This document shows, piece by piece, positions 50,196-54,423 of a stretch of DNA of 54,423 nt (position 1 is the first letter of the stretch; every line of letters starts with the position of its first letter). The stretch comes from Candidatus Levyibacteriota bacterium (lineage in GTDB: Bacteria > Patescibacteriota > Microgenomatia > Levybacterales > GWA1-39-11). A program made the translations under genes and the position numbers. The stretch lies in NCBI GenBank assembly GCA_030645455.1, contig JAUSNA010000018.1, positions 1 through 54,423 on the forward strand, given 5' to 3'. The notes beneath the pieces are model-generated. The model was not told where the DNA came from. It worked only from the letters and a program-made list of their open reading frames with translations, and made no database searches.

Positions 50196-50328
50196 CACAG
50201 GAATGTGGGCCCGCATAGCGGGAAACAAACCCGCCTACGCGAAAGCTACGGCGAGGTAAAGGTGTATCTCGGGGGAGGTGAGGATCAAGCTCTACTTGAT
50301 TTCCTTTCCTCTCCCATACACTAACTCT

Positions 50329-50358
50329 AGGTAATAGTTATTAGTGATTAGGAAATAG
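50329..50358 (+). repeat. copy 2 of the ~30-nt stop-codon-rich intergenic element (AGGTAATAGTTATTAGTGATTAGGAAATAG)
   Basis: 27/30 identical to the reverse complement of 37908-37937. Confidence 0.6.
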
Positions 50359-50374
50359 TAAAGATCAGAAAAAG

Positions 50375-50406
50375 ATTGCTTCTCCCGATTTAATCGGGAT
50401 CGCAAT
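50375..50406. repeat. REP-like nested hairpin between the convergent lipoprotein and sortase genes
   Basis: ATTGC-TTC-TCCCGA-TTTAA-TCGGGA-TC-GCAAT. The outer GATTGCTTC...GCAATGACA flanks resemble a palindromic word element I recall as common in uncultivated-bacteria genomes. Confidence 0.45.
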
Positions 50407-50438
50407 GACATAAATCCACAATACTTAATACGTGATAC

Positions 50439-50993
50439 TTATTCCGGATTTGCAAAAATCAACAATCGTTGCAAGGCTGTACCTATTGGTGTACACGTCT
50501 GCAGAATAAGAACGTCCCCCTGAGGTTCTGTCAAATACTTAACTTCATTTGGCCAAACTGTTTTTTTGTTAATAACTTTATACTTATACTCCTCCCCATT
50601 CATTCTGATAATAATAGGGTCCCCTCTATCTATCAGCTCCAGCTTGAAAAAAGCTGTATTATAACGTGTAATTCTCCACGGAACATCCGATGAATGAGCA
50701 AAGAGAAAGACAGTCTCCCCCTCCCCGGGCAATGCTGAATTTTTTGCGTGTGCTACTCCATTTCTTAGCTCCAGTAAATACTCTTTTTCATTGAATGGAT
50801 CGACACTAGGTATAATTTTTGAAAATACTTTTAGACTTGGGATTTCAATTGAGAAATTTTCTGATATTTTTTGCTCTTCCGTTATTTTTGGAGGAAATAA
50901 TAATTCTTTGAAATACGGGTAATAGATAAAAAGGAATCCTAAAAGAGAAAGCGCCATCAAGGCGCTTCCGGTGTTTTTTTTGAGGTTGTGCAT
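50439..50993 (-). CDS. sortase family transpeptidase (second copy)
   Basis: 184 aa. N-terminal TM helix, His in VFLFAHSS, Cys in LILQTCTPIG, Arg in LQRLLIFA. It starts 27 nt downstream of the LPATG protein gene. Confidence 0.85.
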   Translation of the reverse strand: MHNLKKNTGSALMALSLLGFLFIYYPYFKELLFPPKITEEQKISENFSIEIPSLKVFSKIIPSVDPFNEKEYLLELRNGVAHAKNSALPGEGETVFLFAHSSDVPWRITRYNTAFFKLELIDRGDPIIIRMNGEEYKYKVINKKTVWPNEVKYLTEPQGDVLILQTCTPIGTALQRLLIFANPE

Positions 50994-51020
50994 ACGTAAA
51001 TCGTATCAAGGGGGCTACCT

Positions 51021-52157
51021 TTATGCAATGGTAGGCGGTGGGGCATTGGAACCATGAAACCGCAGATACAGCCCGGAAAGGAACATAAAGAATAAAAGAA
51101 GAGTTGCAATAAGTGTGTATGGAATAGTTGAACCGGTTGCCGGAAGCATTGCACCTACCGCAGGTCCATTAGGGCCAGTGCTTCCTGAAGACGGTTGTAC
51201 ATAGGAATCCCCAGGTTTGACAGTTGGATTTGTAGGGGGTGTTACCGGTGGAGTTACCGGTGGAGTTGGAGGCTCTTCTTTATCCGGATTGCATGTGCCG
51301 CACTCAATTTTTGTGAAATTGCTGTTAATATTCTCGTTATTGATTGTTATGTCGCTTTGTATGTTTCCGGTAACAATAGCAGTGTCTCCCAGATTTTTGA
51401 GTGTTTCATTTCCTCCCGTGTTCAACTGCTGTTCTACATTATTTAATATTTCTGCGATATTAATATTTGTGACTATTATATTTGAGTTATCGTTGATAAC
51501 CGCATTGTTAAATGAATACGCTCCATTTCCTTTTATAATTACCGAATTTCCCCCCATTATATCGACTTGCCCGTCGTAGTAAGAGTTGTTGATATTTTTA
51601 TTATTGATGTTAGTTGTTGCTGATATATTACCCGTTACGATTGTGGAATTACCCCCATTGAATGATGCTTTGTTATATCCCGTATTAGCGTTAACAGTTA
51701 TGTTATTGTTAATTGAAGCGTAGTTATTTTGGCTGACCAAATGTGTCGAAGAACTATTAGCAACTCCTAAATTTGTTGATCCTGCTCCATTCCCACTGAT
51801 ATTTACCGATGTATTGCTGTTGCAGCAACTTGTAGTTGATGCTAGGTTGGAATTAATATTTTCGTTACTAACATTAGTAGTGCTTGCTGTGTCCCCTGTT
51901 GAAATAGCAGTTTCCCCACCGGTATTAAGATTTGCGTCATTATTTCCGGTATCTGCATTTGAATCAACATTGTTGGTAACATTTGCCTCATTACTTTGGG
52001 CAACCTCTGTGGTCGTTTGAGTTTGGACTTGGACTTGATTATTGGAGCTTCCCCCATTGCCTGTGACCTCTATAACTATTTCTTCGGCTTTGGCACTTGA
52101 GGTTATCGAGAGGTTGAGTAGTAGGCAGGTGATAAAAATCGCTGCCTTTTTCATCAT
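51021..52157 (-). CDS. LPXTG-type sortase substrate built from three N/T/G-rich modules
   Basis: 378 aa. Signal peptide ending SSAKA-E, 3 modules (GNG[GA].S.N...Q.N.A.[VI].N...A.TG.N...TG), a PTPPVTPPVTPPTNPT linker, then LPATG (51132-51146), a 23-aa hydrophobic stretch and RFHG. This is a canonical cell-wall sorting signal. Confidence 0.85.
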   Translation of the reverse strand: MMKKAAIFITCLLLNLSITSSAKAEEIVIEVTGNGGSSNNQVQVQTQTTTEVAQSNEANVTNNVDSNADTGNNDANLNTGGETAISTGDTASTTNVSNENINSNLASTTSCCNSNTSVNISGNGAGSTNLGVANSSSTHLVSQNNYASINNNITVNANTGYNKASFNGGNSTIVTGNISATTNINNKNINNSYYDGQVDIMGGNSVIIKGNGAYSFNNAVINDNSNIIVTNINIAEILNNVEQQLNTGGNETLKNLGDTAIVTGNIQSDITINNENINSNFTKIECGTCNPDKEEPPTPPVTPPVTPPTNPTVKPGDSYVQPSSGSTGPNGPAVGAMLPATGSTIPYTLIATLLLFFMFLSGLYLRFHGSNAPPPTIA

Positions 52158-54379
52158 AAGAACATATGTATTCCTCTTACTGCGAGTCTTTGGACAGGAA
52201 CAAATGATTTTTTAGCGAGTAGCACAATTCCAAAAAGTGGAAGCGCAAGAAGTATCCATGCAAGATTAATGGTGAGTTTTTTATCAGCTACTGCTGCAGA
52301 ACCGTCTTGCCCTACGCTTTTTGCAACAGTAGCCTCAAGTGTATTGGTTCCTCCTCCGGATTGTGTTCCTTTTATTGCACCCGCAAGACTGGTATTGCCC
52401 GAATTATTAACAACTACTGTTGATCCTGCACCTGCTTGGTTTCCTGTTGCTGATGCAACTGTAGATGATCCACCACCGGCACCTGAATTTACTTGAGGGC
52501 TCTCGTAATTTGTGTTATTTTCATGCTGTAACGTCCCACCGTCAGCTACATTATTTTTAGTCTGTCCCGGTGCTACAAAGTCACCGAGCCAGCTTCCGAA
52601 TACATTGATGACTGTCACAACCAATTTTCCGCCTCCTGTTATATTATTGTTAACAAAGTTGACAAGATTTGCGATAATTTTTGCGTCTCCCGTTACGATA
52701 TCTGAATTTCCACCTGTATTAAATTTAGAGTCATTTCCTCCGGTATTGGCCGATAAATCAAGTGTATTATTTACAACCGCGTTATTTGTCTGAGTTGTTG
52801 TGTTGTTGGTTGTATTTGATGCGCTTGCCGTATTTGTAGAATTTGCTCCATTAGCGTCATTTACAGCTGTTACTTCGCCTGTTATCGGGTCAACAATGAA
52901 TTCTGTGCCATCAGATCCTGCCATGCTGGACCCATCCGGTGAGCCAAGAATTTTACCTATCCATTTGCCGCCCTCGTTGACAATGACAAGCCACCAATTG
53001 CCTCCCATTATATTGTTGTTAGCGATATTAAGTATATTTGCCGTAAGTGAAGCATCCCCTGTTTCAATCGATGAATTTCCATCGGTATTAAAACTCGTGT
53101 CATTTGCTCCCGTATTTGCATCAATGAGAAGTGTGTTATTTATCTGGGCATCATTTGTCTGAGTTGTTGTATTGTTGGTTGTATTTGTAGCATCGGCTGT
53201 GTTGGTTGAATATGCTCCATTTCCTGTATTTGATGCGGTTGTTGTACCCGTACACGTACCTCCGCAAGCTGCATTCATTGCCTCTTCGGTAAGAATGATG
53301 TCACCGACTAGATCACCGTAGATATTTACTACTCCGAATATAACGTCACCTGCTATATTATTGTTAGCAAAGGTCATAACATTTGCATTTACATTTGCAT
53401 CCCCTGTTGTGATGGATGAATCTCCTCCCGTATTAAAGCTTGCGTCATTATTTCCGCTATCGGCGCCCAGTACTAAAGTGCTACCTACATTTGCATCATT
53501 TGTTTGGGTGGTATTATTGTTGGTTGTGTTGGTCGCGTCTGCAGTATTTGTAGACCCTGCTCCGTTATTTGCATTATTTACATTAAGTGCGGATCCTTCA
53601 CATCCCTGAGTGCAATTGGCACCAAAGTCAAGAACGATGTCTCCTGTGTGATCATCTACCACATTGAATTCACTAACCATTATTCCATCAACATTTGTAT
53701 TAACTGATGTAATAACAGTTGCCGTAGTATTGGCGTCCCCGGTTGTAATAGAAGAGTTGCCAACATTATATGAAGTGTTGTTGCCTCCCGTGACAGTTGC
53801 TTGGTTAAGGTCGTTACTGACAACCGCGCTATTCCCTTGCAATGTGTCGTTATTATTTGTGGTTGTTGCTGATCCGCTATTGGTAGACCCTGCTCCATTT
53901 CCTGTGTTTGCAACTGCTGCACCTGTCCCTGCGCAAGTATTGCATCCTGTTGCCAAATTATTATTCCCCGTTGTATTGATGTTACTATCATTATTTCCAT
54001 CTCCGGTATTTATTGCCGTATCCCCAACATTTCCTGACCCTGACGATCCTTCTTGAGCCGGTTGTTCATCGGTAGATGATGTTGTTACTGGTGCTTCTGG
54101 AGCAGTTGGTGCTGTTGGGGCGATATATGGATTCTCTGGAGCAGTTGGTGCGGTTGGAGCACTTGGCGCTTCTGGAGCAGTTGGTGCTTCTGGAGCAGTT
54201 GGTGCTGTTGGGGCAGTTGGTGCTTCGGGAGCTGTTGGTGCTTCGGGAGCTGTTGGGGCATCGGGAGCTGTTGGGGCATCCTCAGCAAATACTGCTGCCG
54301 GAATTGTGACTAATTTGCCTGATAACAACACCAGTATCAAAAGTGTTGATATTATTTGTTTGATTTTTTTTATATTCAT
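52154..54379 (-). CDS. large surface protein: signal peptide, (A/E)PTAP repeat stalk, four long N/T/G-rich modules, C-terminal TM anchor
   Basis: 741 aa. [32 protein letters not shown] signal, a proline-rich repeat, 4 modules of ~110-120 aa each starting N.GNGA.STN, and a C-terminal TM helix [21 protein letters not shown]. 4-nt ATGA overlap with the LPATG gene. Confidence 0.85.
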   Translation of the reverse strand: MNIKKIKQIISTLLILVLLSGKLVTIPAAVFAEDAPTAPDAPTAPEAPTAPEAPTAPTAPTAPEAPTAPEAPSAPTAPTAPENPYIAPTAPTAPEAPVTTSSTDEQPAQEGSSGSGNVGDTAINTGDGNNDSNINTTGNNNLATGCNTCAGTGAAVANTGNGAGSTNSGSATTTNNNDTLQGNSAVVSNDLNQATVTGGNNTSYNVGNSSITTGDANTTATVITSVNTNVDGIMVSEFNVVDDHTGDIVLDFGANCTQGCEGSALNVNNANNGAGSTNTADATNTTNNNTTQTNDANVGSTLVLGADSGNNDASFNTGGDSSITTGDANVNANVMTFANNNIAGDVIFGVVNIYGDLVGDIILTEEAMNAACGGTCTGTTTASNTGNGAYSTNTADATNTTNNTTTQTNDAQINNTLLIDANTGANDTSFNTDGNSSIETGDASLTANILNIANNNIMGGNWWLVIVNEGGKWIGKILGSPDGSSMAGSDGTEFIVDPITGEVTAVNDANGANSTNTASASNTTNNTTTQTNNAVVNNTLDLSANTGGNDSKFNTGGNSDIVTGDAKIIANLVNFVNNNITGGGKLVVTVINVFGSWLGDFVAPGQTKNNVADGGTLQHENNTNYESPQVNSGAGGGSSTVASATGNQAGAGSTVVVNNSGNTSLAGAIKGTQSGGGTNTLEATVAKSVGQDGSAAVADKKLTINLAWILLALPLFGIVLLAKKSFVPVQRLAVRGIHMFL
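54089..54283 (-). repeat. in-frame tandem repeat encoding [12 protein letters not shown] units (9/18-nt periodicity)
   Basis: Peptide [66 protein letters not shown]. The plus strand shows reiterated GGAGCAGTTGGTGCTTCT-type units. Confidence 0.8.
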
Positions 54380-54423
54380 ATTTTCCTAAATTTTTAATTT
54401 TCGATTTTAAATTTTTAATTTTC

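Noticed and set aside
49024-50300. Mobile element (IS, integron cassette or prophage remnant) as the explanation for the GC-enriched cassette
   Set aside because: I found no transposase, integrase or recombinase ORF, no terminal inverted repeats and no attC-like site. Only a 6-nt CTAACT is shared by both edges, which is not significant. I kept it as a compositional anomaly only.
54076-54309. [10 protein letters not shown]... (plus strand) and QQLPKHQ... (minus strand) ORFs
   Set aside because: They are alternative-frame and antisense readings of the APTAPE tandem repeat inside the 741-aa surface-protein gene.
1-54423. tRNA, rRNA, tmRNA, RNase P or SRP RNA genes
   Set aside because: I scanned all spacers longer than 60 nt by eye for cloverleaf-like stems and conserved boxes (GTTCGAATC-type T-loops, SRP GGAA/AGCA motifs) and found none. 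This is a weak negative without tRNAscan or Infernal.

Overview
This is a compact, AT-rich bacterial window of 54.4 kb (about 38-40% GC by eye) with about 50 protein genes. Almost all genes between 3.8 kb and 46.3 kb lie on the minus strand. I found no rRNA, tRNA, CRISPR array, transposase or integrase.

The left 46 kb is housekeeping. It carries guaA, an M24 peptidase, a cyclophilin, rpsL-rpsG, rpoB-rpoC, mltG, an AMP/thymidine-phosphorylase-like deoA, a sortase, alaS, nth, yvcK, pyrE/pyrF, an ABC-2 exporter, a RodZ-like protein, ftsK, glgP, RNase J, a protease-less Lon-type AAA+ protein and nusA-infB-(degenerate DHH protein)-rpsO-pnp. Several of these proteins are minimal or carry low-complexity tails. 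Together with two sortases and an LPATG protein, this fits a reduced-genome, monoderm-like organism such as a CPR/Patescibacteria member. That assignment is inference only.

The right 10 kb (44.7-54.4 kb) is an accessory cell-surface island. It holds a secreted S8 peptidase, a Sec-signal protein with about 11 RTX-type nonapeptide repeats, three paralogous proteins and a second sortase. The three paralogs contain 9 copies of an uncharacterised ~75-aa module rich in N, T and G, with Cys motifs between modules. One paralog ends in LPATG plus a membrane anchor, and the sortase gene follows it directly. A ~1.2-kb GC-enriched three-gene cassette sits between the first paralog (48302-48910) and the sortase operon.

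This sortase/module locus is my best candidate for an undescribed system. At the nucleotide level I also see four promoter-leader-terminator arrangements (nusA, rpoB, pyrF and the RTX-like gene). There is a 32-bp perfect palindrome upstream of pyrE. Seven genes have a -10 box 5-8 nt from the ATG, which suggests leaderless mRNAs. Intergenic spacers are dense in stop codons, and one ~30-nt element occurs twice.

All family calls come from motifs read by eye. No database search was run.
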